A DNA stretch of 64,000 bases from Phoronis australis (GCA_002633005.1 NMRA01000691.1:137406-201405), one strand, 5' to 3'; positions 50,156-63,504 are shown, numbered from the stretch's first letter. Numbers and translations are program-made. The notes: generated by a model not told the origin, from the letters alone.

Positions 50156-51700
50156 TGCATTTGTTTTAATCACGTCAAGGCAGAGGCCAATCATTACTAA
50201 TTAATAAGCACCAGTGACGAGACCGTTGTGTTACAAGTCAGATCCCGATTTCCCAGCCTCAATTTTTTCTGCTAACCTGCGGCCCATTTACCTACCTTGA
50301 GAATTAGTACAGTGTATGCGAACAACCTTTATTTCAAACAGTAACAAAAACAATGACTTCTGCTTCATGAATGGCAGCAACAACACTTGTGAAAATGATA
50401 AAAATCTGCCTTTGTTTTCATGATGTCAAGGAAATGGCCAATCATTGTACAGAAGGTAATTCGCAACCGCAAGACTCAAATGGTTAAACCGATCAGTGCC
50501 ACCTTAAGGTTTGGGGATGAGGATGATTAATCTTTAGTCAAAATTGCCCCATTTCCACCCATCCCCAGTCCTTTTCATGGGTCATTTGACCCATGGCGTG
50601 TGATTTGTAAAATGAAACCTGGGCCCGTAAAGGAGAACTAAATCTGCATACCCACATAAAAAAGTAAATTGAACTTATCACAAGCGGACAGCACTGCTAT
50701 CGGGCCGGAGTGAACATGAGACAGAATAATTTATTAAATGTAATAGCAGTACCAGGAATGCAAGGGCCGAGATTATCAGGACAAACCGCGTTGATATTAA
50801 AGCATAATTAGCATCAAAGAAGCTAATGCACTTGTAGCCGGTTACGTGCTGAGGTGTTTTGCGATTAGAACTACATAAGGCCTACTTCGGTTAAATTGTG
50901 ATCTACCCTACTGCTACGTTTTGGAACAATTCCGAACTATTATTGATTGAATATACAATGTACCTCAGCTGCATAAAGCAACAGTTCGATAATTGTCCAA
51001 TAAATGCCCGGATACGTATTCGAGCTAAGACTGCAGGGACTTTATTTGTATTTATCTTGTTGGCACAAACACTGTTTCGCTAAGGTCCGGTTGAGTGACA
51101 AGTGATCCATAAGTATGTCGCAGGCGCTGCTCAAGAAACAAACCAGGGTTACATATAATGCAGTCGCGTCTACTGTGTTTGGTTTGCGAACAGTTTAACG
51201 TGAAGAAGTTGAGCACCAATGGATATTGCAAATAATCAGCCAAGGCGTGTTACACAACAAATAAAATATATTTCCTGTCACAAAGTTTGGTAAGTCGATT
51301 GTATTCATAGTCAGTAATATCGCCGTTTATGTTTTCTTGTCAGCAGTGACGATCACAAATCGGTGCAGTTCAAACTGTCAAAAATTGCAAATCGAAACAT
51401 TGTCCGCACCAGTCCACATAAATTCTAAGATTTCGGACAGGGTCAATTTTGCAATCTTTCTCATATTTCTCAAATTTCGGATGGCCAATATTGCCTATTT
51501 CTAAAATTTAGGACAGGTTCAAAATACTTATTTTTTCGCTGTCCTAAATTTTGGAATTTTTACCATATTGTGCATGCACATAATTATGTACACTTGATAT
51601 GTGTCAGCATGAAAATGGATATCACTAACCTCAGCTGTTCGATGAATAAGTTAGGATTTGGTGAAGGGAAAAAATAAGTTACACCTAGAAAACCACTCAC

Positions 51701-51806
51701 TTTTTCAACAGAGATTTTCTAACTGTAAGCATCTCATCGAAGTCAGCTTCAGAGCCCAGCAGTAGCAAGCGACAACCATCAGAGTCTAACCCAACAATGT
51801 TCTTTT
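51701..51806 (-). CDS. EIF2B3: EIF2B3 exon
   Basis: KNIVGLDSDGCRLLLLGSEADFDEMLTVRKSLLK. Confidence 0.9.
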
Positions 51807-51824
51807 CTAGAATAAAGATTCCAN

Positions 51825-52273
51825 TACATGCCAATTTTCACAATCATCCTTTGAGCGGTTTGGTTGATAGAGGGGTGGACGCACAAAAACAGACTCGAAA
51901 ACACTAAACATGGCCACTAGGTGGCGCAAACTATGTCGAATCCATCTGAAAACGGCAGGATAGCGTCATCTCACTGATAGCTGCCTACATACCAAATTTC
52001 ATGAAAATCCATTCAGGACTTTTGAAGATACAAAGGTAAGCGTAAAAAACTAAAATTGCCACTAGGGGGCACACCGGTAGTCGGATTTGTCTGAAAGTTC
52101 GCACATGCCGTCCCATTCATGAATGGAACATATGTGCCAAATTTCATGAACGTATGTCAAAGGGTTTTGGAGATAGAGCAGCGGACGCCGGACGCCGGAC
52201 ACCGGACGCCGCCCGGACGGACGGACAGAGATGACGGCATAATGCGTCCACATACAAATATGTGGGCGCATAA
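51825..52273 (-). mobile_element. HINE-like 5' portion, cut at a contig join
   Basis: Close match to 28548-28980; n at 51824. Confidence 0.85.
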
Positions 52274-52933
52274 CAAGAGGAAAAATTTCCAGGTGACGTT
52301 TCGTTCCACAAGTAAATAAGCTTGTGAATAGAAATAAAATTTAACTAAAATAAGTGTTTTTGCATCAAAAAAGTTAAAATAATGACAGAGATGAAAAAAG
52401 AGGAAACTGGAAATCAAATAAGAGGAAATTGAAACCAAAAAAGAAGAAATCCTCTCAAAAGAGGAAAATTTCAAGCCCTGTGAAAGGCGGAAGTGATCAA
52501 ATCTGTTACACTGGCACAATAGCGTACGGGAGATACACTAGCATTCCACCTTGTTTAAATGTTCAATCGTTTATGCAATCATGCCTTCATCTATTAAAAT
52601 AATTCATGTTGATTCAGTTTTCAATCTAATGTCGTGTAAGGGCGACCAGTACAGCAAGTGGCATCGTGACAACTCGTACTGTAACAACTGGTCCCTGAGT
52701 GAAAACACTTTCAAAACAAGTTTATAAGCAGTCCCACAGTGGAGACAATGAGACTATATGTAACCTTTCAGTTACAGGACCCCTCAGAGCATATACCCTG
52801 CAAGATTTAATAGCTTAGTGTGGTCAAACACACTTTCACTCGCTACCTCAGATTATGCATTAATATGATCAAAACAAGACGTAACCTAAAATCTGCCAAA
52901 GCTGTAACCACAAAACAAAACCATTGAATTTAC

Positions 52934-53102
52934 CAATTATTTTTCGTTTGCTCTTTGTGCCTGGGGCTATCAGCTCACTGTAATTCTCTGTCATAGGGGT
53001 CATCAGCGAAGTCACTGTTGCATCGTGAGTACGGTGCATGTCAGCCAACTGATGGAGTTTCACATCAGTGATTAAATCACAACTGACAACAAGGACATCA
53101 GT
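52934..53102 (-). CDS. EIF2B3: EIF2B3 exon
   Basis: TDVLVVSCDLITDVKLHQLADMHRTHDA...APGTKSKRKII. Confidence 0.95.
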
Positions 53103-53464
53103 CTGAAAGTGATGTTGAAATAAGTATAAGGCACAAAGCAAAGTCAGTATTGAAGACATTTTCCTTCAGATTAGGTTGCAGAATGAAAAATAGACAAGAA
53201 GTAACGCAGTCTAGAAAAAATAACGATGTGGACCTTTTTAGCCTCAACATGAATTTGAAATTTGCATAAAAATATACAGTTCTAGCTTATAGACTCCTTG
53301 CAGGACTCTTGCTCACCTGAGGTGAAAGGTGTCTTTACTCTTTAAGAAGGGAATTTTTGGCAAAGAGAAAAATCCCCCCAAATCGCCACCCCTCCTTGGC
53401 AATGCCTCAAGAAGATAAAACTAACACTTTGCATTGAGTGATTCTAAAAGGGTAATCGTCTCAC

Positions 53465-53628
53465 CTTAATCTTGTCCTTCTCCCTCAAAAAGCGGAGTGA
53501 CTCCGCAGTTCCCCAGTCAGATGTGTTGCTGATGGTTACAAAATCTAGCCTCATTTTGATGTCACATATTTCCACAAGTGCCTTTTCTATATCACCTCTA
53601 CTGGACTCCAGCACAACTATAATTGCCT
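53465..53628 (-). CDS. EIF2B3: EIF2B3 exon
   Basis: AIIVVLES...DWGTAESLRFLREKDKIK. Confidence 0.94.
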
Positions 53629-54385
53629 CTACACAAGAACAATCAATCATTACGCAGTTTCTAAGCCAAGTGAGCTTCACGGAATGAAGATGACGCAAAG
53701 AAAAATCGGAGCGTACATCTCTTAAAAAAATTGGGGCATGAATGAATGATAGTTCATGTATCAAAGACCAGCCTGGAAGTAATGACATAAACAACAGGGA
53801 GACAGTCAAGAAGCAATGGACACCAAAATAAATTGCATCAAGACAAATGCACGTATTGAACAGATAAGTACACCAAATGACCTCAGAATTTGGGATTGCT
53901 AATTACTTCATAAAACTTAAAGTCTCAGTCGCAAAATTTTATTTTTTTTGTCCTCATTGACCTTTGACCTATGAAACTTTCTAGGATCACTTGGAAAAGT
54001 AATGTCTTTCATTGGCACATTGGCTTTTACGTGTGCATTGAAGTTGACCAGCTTACCTTTAACAATGTTGGAGAAATGAGATTTTCAGAATTAGATCACC
54101 TCCATATCAATTACTCTCTTCCTGTTTCAAATTTTACATACAGGAACTAACTGAGTGAAATTTCACACAATGACCACCAGTGCTTTAGAAATTGTTAAGA
54201 TCAAAAAAAGTCAGTTGAAGATATAAAAAAACTGTAGAATAAAAGCCCTCTGCATTGGTATGTGTTGTGTAATGAAACATGCAAGATGTATCACTGAGGC
54301 CCCACATTGCATATACACCATCATGAGACTGCATTGAGATGAGAGCACAACGTTTATACAAATCAAGCATTCAAGACATACTCAC

Positions 54386-54533
54386 CTTCAAAACCAGCTT
54401 TCTCCAACATGTGAACAGGATACCAAACCATTGGCATGTTGCCAACTGACAAAAGAGCTTTGGGGGTTTTGGCCGTCAGGTCCGTCATTCGAGAACCACG
54501 TCCTGCAGCCATGATAACAGCTTGAAACTCCAT
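54386..54533 (-). CDS. EIF2B3: EIF2B3 first coding exon
   Basis: cag|[52 protein letters not shown]. Confidence 0.96.
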
Positions 54534-55431
54534 CTGAATAACATTGTGATATATTTTAAAGACAATGTTTTTAGTACAGTACAGGGTTACAGCTGTAAAA
54601 TATTGTGTTTGGCATTTAATTGAAAAGTCTGATATGATGTAGTAATAGTTTGATTTTGAAATAAAAGTGCCATATTGAAATTTACTATCCCGCCAGACGT
54701 CTTTGGTGGACAGGCATTCACCGTCACCAACAAATCCCATGTAATGCGGATGGGAGATTTTAACTTACTTATATAAATGGCATTTTATAACCCCTTTCCT
54801 ACTGTCATAATGTCAAAAAATTTTCACTGATGTGCAGTAGGGTGTATTATTGCCTTACAGAAAAAAGGCAAAATTTTGAAATATCAATGGGTGAACAAGG
54901 ATATCATGCTCTATACATTTCCCACTGTTATAAACCAGTCACTTCCGTGCTCTCATTACTGTGGACAGCGCCAATATGTGAAGTCCTCCATTGTCACATC
55001 AGATCAATCTTTGAGCTGAGAATAAGACATTGACTTACCAGCTTGCACTGACTGGCATATCTGTACTTAACCTAGACTGGATGATGCAAATTTGCCTGAA
55101 GATGTTCTCGCTCTGGTAGCCACCATGCCCATTCACATCCTTAGCCCTCAATACAATTCAAAATCAACTTCACACTCCCTTCTCACAGGAATATTTTACC
55201 AGGGAGAACTCACAGTAGATTGTATAAATCGTGCTTGCTTGGTGTTATTTGTCGATTGCTCTTTGATTAGGGGGCTTCTTGGGTCAGGGGCCGAGAGTTT
55301 GATTGCCAGCAAAGGTGAAGGGAAATACAGTATGGACTCGCAACAGCAGCTCAAGTTCATTAGCGTACAGGATGTGGATCAAGGGAGGACCATCCTGTTG
55401 ATAAATTCCAGGTCACTGGGGAATGCCCTGA

Positions 55432-56257
55432 GGGCTGTTCCAGCAAAATCTGTATGGGAGGGGGGAAGGCAGTTTTATTTCGTACCCACCGCCCATATTT
55501 TTCATTTATTTCTCCAACCCATGACCCATAATTTTTTTATTATTTTTAATAGGATAAAATATAAAATCCAACACCTGAAAACAAATTGCCTCCATGAGGA
55601 CCTCTTAAGAACTTAGATGATTGACAGACAAGAACTAGTTGTCTTGTCCAATATTGTCAAAAACTTAAGTAGCCTGTGAGCAATACTTTTGGCAGCCACC
55701 AGGTGTCTCTGTTCACCATGTGTCTATAATTTCAATGAACATTTTTTCAATTATAAGGATCTATGAATCTCAAACTGTCTCCACGAACTCTTATATACTT
55801 CTATGTCAAGTGAATATTGGAACTTGTTTATCTTACTCCTCATACTATTTATTTAAAAATCATCAGTTTTCTTATCTGTGTGAACACCAGTTTAGTGTTG
55901 CATAACTTTTCAATTCAATAGGACTGCAGACAAACAGTTAGCTGAATCAAGTTGCCCATGACTTGATTAATGGCTTAGTGAACATATCACACTCTGTTCA
56001 CTGGCAATATGGGCTTTTATGTATTGGGATAAGTTAGGATATATGCAGATTGCATTTTTTTGAGATTTGACGGCTGAAGTAACCAACCTGTCAACATTAA
56101 CAGGTCAAAAAATAACAAAAATACCACCCATTTTTAATGCATCACTTCTTACAGGAATGACCACCCATAATTTGAGTTTTTTCTGAAGACAACCACCCAT
56201 GAATTTTTATTTCTAGTGCCGTCCCCCCCTCCCACACGGATTTTACTGGAACAGCCC
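55432..56257. mobile_element. PIF/Harbinger-like MITE
   Basis: tga|GGGCTGTTCCAG(C/T)AAAATC... ~34-bp TIR ...CTGGAACAGCCC|tga; 3-bp TSD. Confidence 0.88.
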
Positions 56258-56493
56258 TGAGGGGAAGTTCCCGGCGGTACTCCCAATTACGTAGGATGGA
56301 GAGGAGTGTAAAAAATCTGCAGCGAGACTTACTGTAGATTGTATAAAGCGTCCTTAATTTCACTTGGCCTTCAGGCAATTGCTCTATGCTTGCTGCTTAC
56401 CTAGGTTTCTTGGTTCTTGAGCCAGGGCCGCAGGTTCAAATCCCAGCTACGATTAAAAGAAATATGTTAGTTAAATCTGTGACTTTACAACAT

Positions 56494-56691
56494 CACCAAA
56501 AAGCCGACGCATCAATCCTCCTTTGACAGTTTGAGGTCAAGGACAGTACGGAATTATCCGATGCGTTACCAGGAAGGTTACGGAATGGTGTGGAGTTATC
56601 GATGTCATGAAACTCCGTGACAAATCGACAATTGCCGTACCGTTCTTAACCTCAAACCATCAAAGGATGACCGATGCGTCGCCTTTTTGGG
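56494..56691. mobile_element. Small foldback MITE
   Basis: ~65-bp imperfect arms (ccaaaaagccgacgcatc / gatgcgtcgcctttttgg) flanked by AACAT on both sides. Confidence 0.65.
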
Positions 56692-56744
56692 AACATTTTT
56701 GTGCTTTGACCGCGAATTTGTTGCGATCTCGTTGGAGCAGGACA

Positions 56745-57760
56745 CGTTGAAATGCGCCCACAATTGCATCGTATACGGTATCCTTCTAGGGTTGTTTATT
56801 GGTACCATAAAGTGGCCAGTAGAGGGCATATACGTAGTATGTTGTACTTTGAAAAATGGAAAGGCAAGGTCATTGTCTCCTCAATAGGCTAGGGGCAAAA
56901 TGTGAGTGATCTTCATAATACAAGCACATCCTATATATCAGTTGCTTAAAGCACCACAGAAACATAGAATTAAAAACAAATTTACCAACATACGAGATTA
57001 ACACAGCATTAGAATGCCAGAAACAAATTTCTACTTGGAACTTTTCCTTCATAGTCACGAAGTAACACAAAGTATACACCAGAAGACCTATGAAAATACA
57101 GAGGTCAATGTAAAATACTAGAATTGCCACTAGAGGCATACCGGTAGTCAGAATCACCCCAAAGTCGTCATCATCCGTGTCAACATCACATAAATACACT
57201 TGCTAAATTAAGTAAAGATCCTGCAAACGGTTTGGGAGATACAGCCATGGGCGCAAAAATAAACTGCCACTAGGAGGCGCCACAGTAATCAAAGTCATGG
57301 GAAATTCAGCGTCAACCGTCCTCTTCATAGTAAGAACATACATGCTAATTTTCACAATCATCCTTTGAGCGGTTTGCTTGATAGAGGGGTGGACGCAAAA
57401 ATACAGACTCGAAAACAGTAAAAATGGCCACTAGGTGGCGCAAACTAGGTCGAATCTATCTGAAAACGGGAGGATAGCGTCATCTCACTAATAGGTGCCT
57501 GAATCATAAATTTCATGAAAATCCGTTCAGGACTTTTGAAGATACAAAGGTAAGCGTAAAAAACTAAAATTGCCACTAGGGGGCACACCGGAAGTTGGAT
57601 CCGTCCGAAAGTTCGCACATGCTGTCCCATTCATGAATGGAACATATGTGCCAAATTTCATGAATGTACGTCAAAGGGTTTTGGAGATAAATCAGCGGAC
57701 ACCGGACGGACGGAGATGACGGCATAATGCGTCCACACATAAATATGTGGGCGCATAAAA
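56745..57760 (-). mobile_element. HINE-like copy
   Basis: 5' hairpin at ~57728-57757, core subunits, 3' subTIR at 56753; shares a 3' extension with the 44578 copy. Confidence 0.85.
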
Positions 57761-58046
57761 ATGAAGAAGTCCAGTTAGGAGGAGATAGAAGGAATATCTG
57801 GCTGTTCTGACAACAGGCACTCTTGACAGCCACTTGATACGATACTACAGTATATTACAGTAATTATATCGGTCATGCAGACACAACCGGCTACAAGCCA
57901 GGCAAGGGCTACAATACTTCCATTCGCTTTCTGTACGCATTTCGTTTTAAAACGGGCGTTAACCCAAATCCGGTCACCGATTTTGAGTTTTCATCTCGTC
58001 AAAAATACATTCCACACTTAAAATTATCACTTAAAAAAGTGCTTAC

Positions 58047-58265
58047 TTCTTTCATTGGTCCTTTCTAATTCTATACATATCTTCGATGAAGTTTAGTTGT
58101 GAGAATCAAGGTTACTTTGGCGAAGAGTTCCAACTCCACCTTTTGGTTGCCGTTAACTTTTCACCACGCGCGTGATAAACTTAAGTAGGTTAACTGAGTC
58201 ACGTGAGTTAGGCAAAGGCTAGCACGAGACTGAGCGAAGCGTGTGACACTAGCACGTGACAATTG
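58047..58265 (-). promoter_or_regulatory. Probable EIF2B3 non-coding exon 1 and promoter
   Basis: Donor AA|GTAAGC at 58046; CpG-richer stretch with CACGTG E-boxes at 58200 and 58253. Confidence 0.5.
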
Positions 58266-58485
58266 CAAAATAGCATGAGAAGGTATCAGTTGAAATTTGT
58301 AAGATTTGTGACCCTTAGACTTTTTAGTCGTCAACATGCGTGATTTCACTTAACTTCCTCAAAAAGGCACCCGATAAGAGAAATTCGAGCAAACCGCGAC
58401 AGATTTTCATTGATTTGTTCAAGTTTTGCTAATTAAATTGTATCCAGAGTAATGGTATGTGTTAATTATAACTCTATGTTTCCAT

Positions 58486-59415
58486 TAGGCAATGACCATC
58501 GCCTCTGTTGGCCCGAACCAGAGGCGATGCAGAGGCTATAGGCGCTCTGTACGCCGGAAGCTTTTCGGCGAATTATGCCTCGCACCGACTAAACCATCAA
58601 AGTCATGTTGTTATAAATACCTTTTGCGCATAGAGGAACACCTGAGGAGGTTGTCGATGTGTTTAATTCCTTCCAACTCGAACAAATACTCCCATTATCA
58701 AACTTTTTCTTCGAGCAGTCCCTATTTCAGTTCCCAAAATCATGAACTCACCATTTTTATACTGCGCACACTCCAATTTTTACCGCGCTCGCTAGGTGAT
58801 GTGAATTCATGACCTCAATCTTTAAATAGGCCAAAGGTGAGCCATTGCAGTCTTGTCTGTCAAATGTTCATTTCCAAAATGCCACCACTAATACTTGTCT
58901 TTAATTGGCGTTACTTGAAACTAATTGTATTTCTGTGATTTCATTGTTTGTATTTGATAAAAATAAATGCTGTTGATATGACATTTAATAGTCTTGGTGC
59001 AAATATTTGACATTTTAATGTTTAACAACACGACAAATGCACGGCTGGTTCCCGGCAGCACGTACGCGAAGGGCGGGAACTTCAGCTTTCAAAGTTCGCC
59101 GGTAGGTCCGCAACTTCTGACCTCCGGCCTGGTTAAAAAAATGAAAAAGTTGATTTCACGATTTTGGGAACTGAAATAGGGAATGCTCGAAGAAAAAGTT
59201 TCATAACGGGAGTATTTGTTCGAGTTGGAAGGAATTAAACACATCGACAACCTCCTAAGGTGTACCTCTATTTGCAAAAGGTATTTATAACAATGTGACT
59301 TTGATGGTTTAGTCGGTGCGAGGCATAATTTGCCGAAAAGCTTCCGGCGTACAGAGTGCCTATAGCCTCTGCATCGCCTCTGGTTCGGGCCAACAGAGGC
59401 GATGGTCATTGCCTA
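58486..59415. mobile_element. MULE-like foldback element
   Basis: ~270-bp TIRs starting TAGGCAATGACCATCGCC; 9-bp direct repeat TGTTTCCAT at 58477-58485 and 59416-59424. Confidence 0.88.
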
Positions 59416-59709
59416 TGTTTCCATATGCATGGTTCAAAATTGATTTTATTTTTTTGAAATGAGTGACTTTTTGTGGGGATGTAGTATCGCCCCTGTATGC
59501 CTGCGGCATCCAGGGCGATGTAATTGCCTAGACAAGGGCAAGCCAAGGTCTAGCCTTGGTACAAATCTGTATATACTAAATATACAGCTTTGCACCGATG
59601 TGGGTAAAAAAGTGGTAAGATAAAATCTGAACAAAATTAGTGTCATTAAAAACTAGTCTTCCTTGAGTAAACAAAGTTATTTAACAGTGTTGGAAAAAAT
59701 GGCGTTCTA

Positions 59710-60330
59710 CAATTATTCTGCTGCTAAAGTTGTGGAGCGATCTTTAAGGACGGCTTTCGCCGCCATGAAATATAACATTGCTTCACCTATTGGCCAGTTT
59801 CCTTTTTCGCCGATTCTTCAATTAACTGTTGTTCTATCACGAGCTTGCGTACACGTCACAACAAATTATTGGAACTGGTTTCACTTCATTATAAGTTTTT
59901 AGGATTTCGATACAGAAAAACCGAATTTCAGAACAAATTTTGCTGCTGCGAAGTTGTCGCTTAAATTTAGGTAATGGCGCGTGCGTGTGACACAACTGAG
60001 CGTACTGTTTTCAAAACCACAGCATACTTTAGAAAAAGCGGAGAGCTACCCAAGAAAATGACGTTTATAGCATTGTTTTTCTATTAAAGCCAAGGGCTGT
60101 AACGTAACGGGCAAGGTGTGTCGGTTGATTCCCAGATTTTGCATGCAAACAGTCCGGTCTTCAGCTTTACATGATGATACAAGTTTCACGGAAAGGTGAC
60201 GTGCAGAACTATCCTGGCTGTGTGCAATTTCGGGGTCTACAGAAGAAATACACACAGTGGTACCTAGCCGTATTTTGAGGATAGTCTTCATACAGCAAGC
60301 TGGTTGGCTAGACAAGCCCCAAGCGTCTGA
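59710..60330 (+). repeat. Unclassified dispersed repeat, copy 2
   Basis: Colinear with 24145-24750. Confidence 0.7.
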
Positions 60331-60492
60331 CATGATTCGGGCAACAGATGGCTATCAGATGTGCCAAAGCTAAGAAAAATCATCACAAATAAGTTAGTGA
60401 TACAAAACCTTGACTGCAATTGATCTGTGATTTGCGTACTTACGGAAAACTAGGGGAAACGTTTTAAAAGTCAAGATCTGACATCCAGCATG

Positions 60493-60522
60493 TCTCTTTC
60501 TCTCTCTCTCTCTCTCTCTCTC
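60493..60522. repeat. (CT)n microsatellite
   Basis: Direct reading. Confidence 0.9.
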
Positions 60523-60616
60523 GCCAATAAACCGGAAGTGCAATGATGTTGTGCTTCAACTTGGAATCATGAGTGAACTTGCAATACATTTCTATTCCAA
60601 GTTCACGCAAGTGATC

Positions 60617-62787
60617 TTGAGATTAAGCAAGCACTTGTGACATCTAGTGTGCAATTGTTAACTAAAATTTCAAATGGTGGACATGAATTCGTCGTGAGTT
60701 ATTGTTTCTGTTTTAATAATTTTTATTGCCCATTCTGTATGTTGTTCTGGTCTTGGTAATTGTTTCGAAAAGTAGTTTTACAGGGATGGTTGGGTTTGTG
60801 ACCGAGGGACTGAAATGACTGGCAACCAGGGACCTTTGCAATGAAAAGGATTAAAGGAGCATGCCACCCAAAAACAACCTTAAGTAGTTTACTCGATAAC
60901 GGCACGTACGGTTGCGTTACCTGACACCTGACGGCAGACGAGAGGTGTTGAAATTATCCAAGTGACGTAATTGGTTTCACACGCAGTCTGTTCACCAGTT
61001 CACAACACGTGTTACTGCCGGGTGTCAGCTTATCGCTTGAATTCATCGTTTAACAGCAATAAATCATTAAACTTCGATTTAAAACCCTTAAAAATACACC
61101 GAGTTCTTATAAAAACGTGTTGTTTTATTTCGCTGACGGATTTATTGGTATTTGGACACACCGTAGCCTACCAGTTCGGCAGGCAGTGGCGGATCTACGT
61201 TTTCATTAAGGTGGGGTGGTTAGGATTCCGGCAAAGGTCGAATCCGGCCGAGGCGCGTGGCGCCGAGCGTGTAAGATAACTTTTTATTTTTGTAGCCAAA
61301 CAGTGAAATTTCCATGCATCCTGTTGCGCTGTCATAGATTCTATTACGTCGGGTAGGTTTCGGCACCAGAAAATTGTGTGGAATGAATTGGGAGAGCAAA
61401 AGTGATAACTGGTTCGTGTACGGTTAAAAGAACAACTGATTTCAGTTATTTGCACGGAAACTACAATATAATAATTCAGTCATGCAGCCACGTGTAGTAA
61501 TCACGTGCTACGAGTAGGAGGAGTTAAACTAATAGTGTTAAACGTGTAGGTGGGCCCAAATAAGGCACAATTCTCAGAACAGATAAAATCATCAAGAAGC
61601 CATTCTTGACAGGTACGTTTCTTGCACTTAACATGTCCCAGGAGTTTTTCTTAAGATAATTAAAAGCCCTTCTCGATTTCGTCACATGAACTTGGCTNTT
61701 GAGATTAAGCAAGCACTTGTGACATCTAGTGTGCAATTGTTAACTAAAATTTCAAATGGTGGACATGAATTCGTTTGTCGTGAGTTATTGTTTCTGTTTT
61801 AATAATTTTTATTGCCCATTCTGTATGTTGTTCTGGTCTTGGTAATTGTTTCGAAAAGTGGTTTTACAGGGATGGTTGGGTTTGTGACCGAGGGACTGAA
61901 ATGACTGGCAACCAGGGACCTTTGCAAAGAAAAGTATTAAAGGAGCATGCCACCCAAAAACAATCTTAAGTAGTTTACTCGATAACGGCACGTAGGCCTA
62001 CGGTTGCGTTACCTGACACCTGACGGCAGACGAGAGGTGTTGAAATTATCCAAGTGACGTAATTGGTTTCACACGCAGTCTGTTCACCAGTTCACAACAC
62101 GTGTTACTGCCCGGGTGTCAGCTTATCGCTTGAATTCATCGTTTAACAGCAATAAATCATTAAACTTCGATTTAAAACCCTTAAAAATACACCGAGTTCT
62201 TATAAAAACGTGTTGTTTTATTTCGCTGACGGGTTTATTGGTATTTGGACACACCGTAGCCTACCAGTTCGGCAGGCAGTGGCGGATCTACGTTTTCATT
62301 AAGGTGGGGTGGTTAGGATTCCGGCAAAGGTCGAATCCGGCCGAGGCGCGTGGCGCCGAGCGTGTAAGATAACTTTTTATTTTTGTAGCCAAACAGTGAA
62401 ATTTCCATGCATCCTGTTGCGCTGTCATCATAGATTCCATTACGTCGGGTAGGTTTCGGCTCCAGAAAATTGTGTGAAATGAATTGGGAGAGCAAAAGTG
62501 ATAACTGGTTCGTGTAAGGTTAAAAGAACAACTGATTTTATTTGCACGGAAACTACAATATAATAATTCAGTCATGCAGCCACGTGTAGTAATCACGTGG
62601 TACGAGTAGGAGGAGTTAAACTAATAGTGTTAAACGTGTAGGTGGGCCCAAATAAGACAATTCTCAGAACAGATAAAATCATCAAGAAGTCATTCTTGAC
62701 AGGTACGTTACTTGCACTTAACATGTCCCAGGAGTTTTTCTTAAGATAATTAAAAGCCCTTCTCGATTTCGTCACATGAACTTGGCT
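60617..62787. repeat. ~1.08-kb direct duplication split by a single n (likely allelic overlap artefact)
   Basis: 60617-61697 versus 61699-62787, scattered SNPs/indels, n at 61698. Confidence 0.9.
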
Positions 62788-63504
62788 CATGAGTTTCGTG
62801 AAACCATATTTGTGCACATCTGGGTATGAGTCACACCACCAGCAAAATTTTTTGTTGGAACATCTGCTTACACCGACGCACCTAATTTTTAGCATACGCA
62901 AAAGTGTGATGCGTATACAGGGGTTTAGACAACTACCAAATATTCAAGAGCATAAGGAGCACCGACGGGGCGTAAAAACTTGAATATCAGATGATCGCAA
63001 CAGCCTCAAGCTGTTTAAGAACGAAGACCTGTACTGTTAGTCCGGAAATAAACATGTGTTCTGTCTCGTTACGAGAAAAACTAGTGGTGAACGATGGTGC
63101 TCTCAGCTCATAGTATATTATTAAAAGCGACAAAAACAATAAAGTATCACTTTAATTATTAAGCTGAATCACGTTGACAACAATTGAAAAACGTCAAATG
63201 TATCAGGAAACAAATCATCATTGAAAACAGTTTCACGAAACCAAAACACTCCCACTGTAGGCATACACCGTGGTGAAAGATACACAGGAGCAGTTTGCAG
63301 AGGGATCAGATGTACACTGAAAGTACACAAAAACTCTGGCCTGGTCCGTCACGAGACCAAAAGTACACCATGGTTGTTATCCCTATAAAATAGTCGATCT
63401 GTCGCGGGACCAAACAGTACTGGCTGAGATAAATAGTTTTACAAAGCACTCCCCAGGAGGTATGGATAAGTGGACCGGGTAACACTGATTTATTTATATT
63501 AGAA

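Larger units (their letters stand above)
39977..54533 (-). other. EIF2B3: EIF2B3 (eIF2B gamma) gene span, 11 coding exons, ~461-463 aa
   Basis: [16 protein letters not shown]...PKALL nucleotidyltransferase-like N-terminus, GTAESLR, VVSCDLITD, hexapeptide-repeat C-terminus ending MMEI*; all phases join. Confidence 0.96.

Noticed and set aside
56395-56452. tRNA-like stretch with GGTTCAAATCCC
   Set aside because: No convincing acceptor stem or cloverleaf; at most a decayed SINE head.
28414-57833. Recurrent short ORFs such as ...PLLYLQNPLTYVHEIWHIC...
   Set aside because: Chance frames within HINE copies; length and frame are not conserved.
58492-59409. Two similar 106-aa ORFs on opposite strands
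   Set aside because: Translations of the two TIR arms; no recognisable domain.
60617-62787. Long direct repeats resembling LTRs or tandem genes, with paired ORFs
   Set aside because: The copies abut at a single n with no internal region; pattern of unmerged haplotypes.
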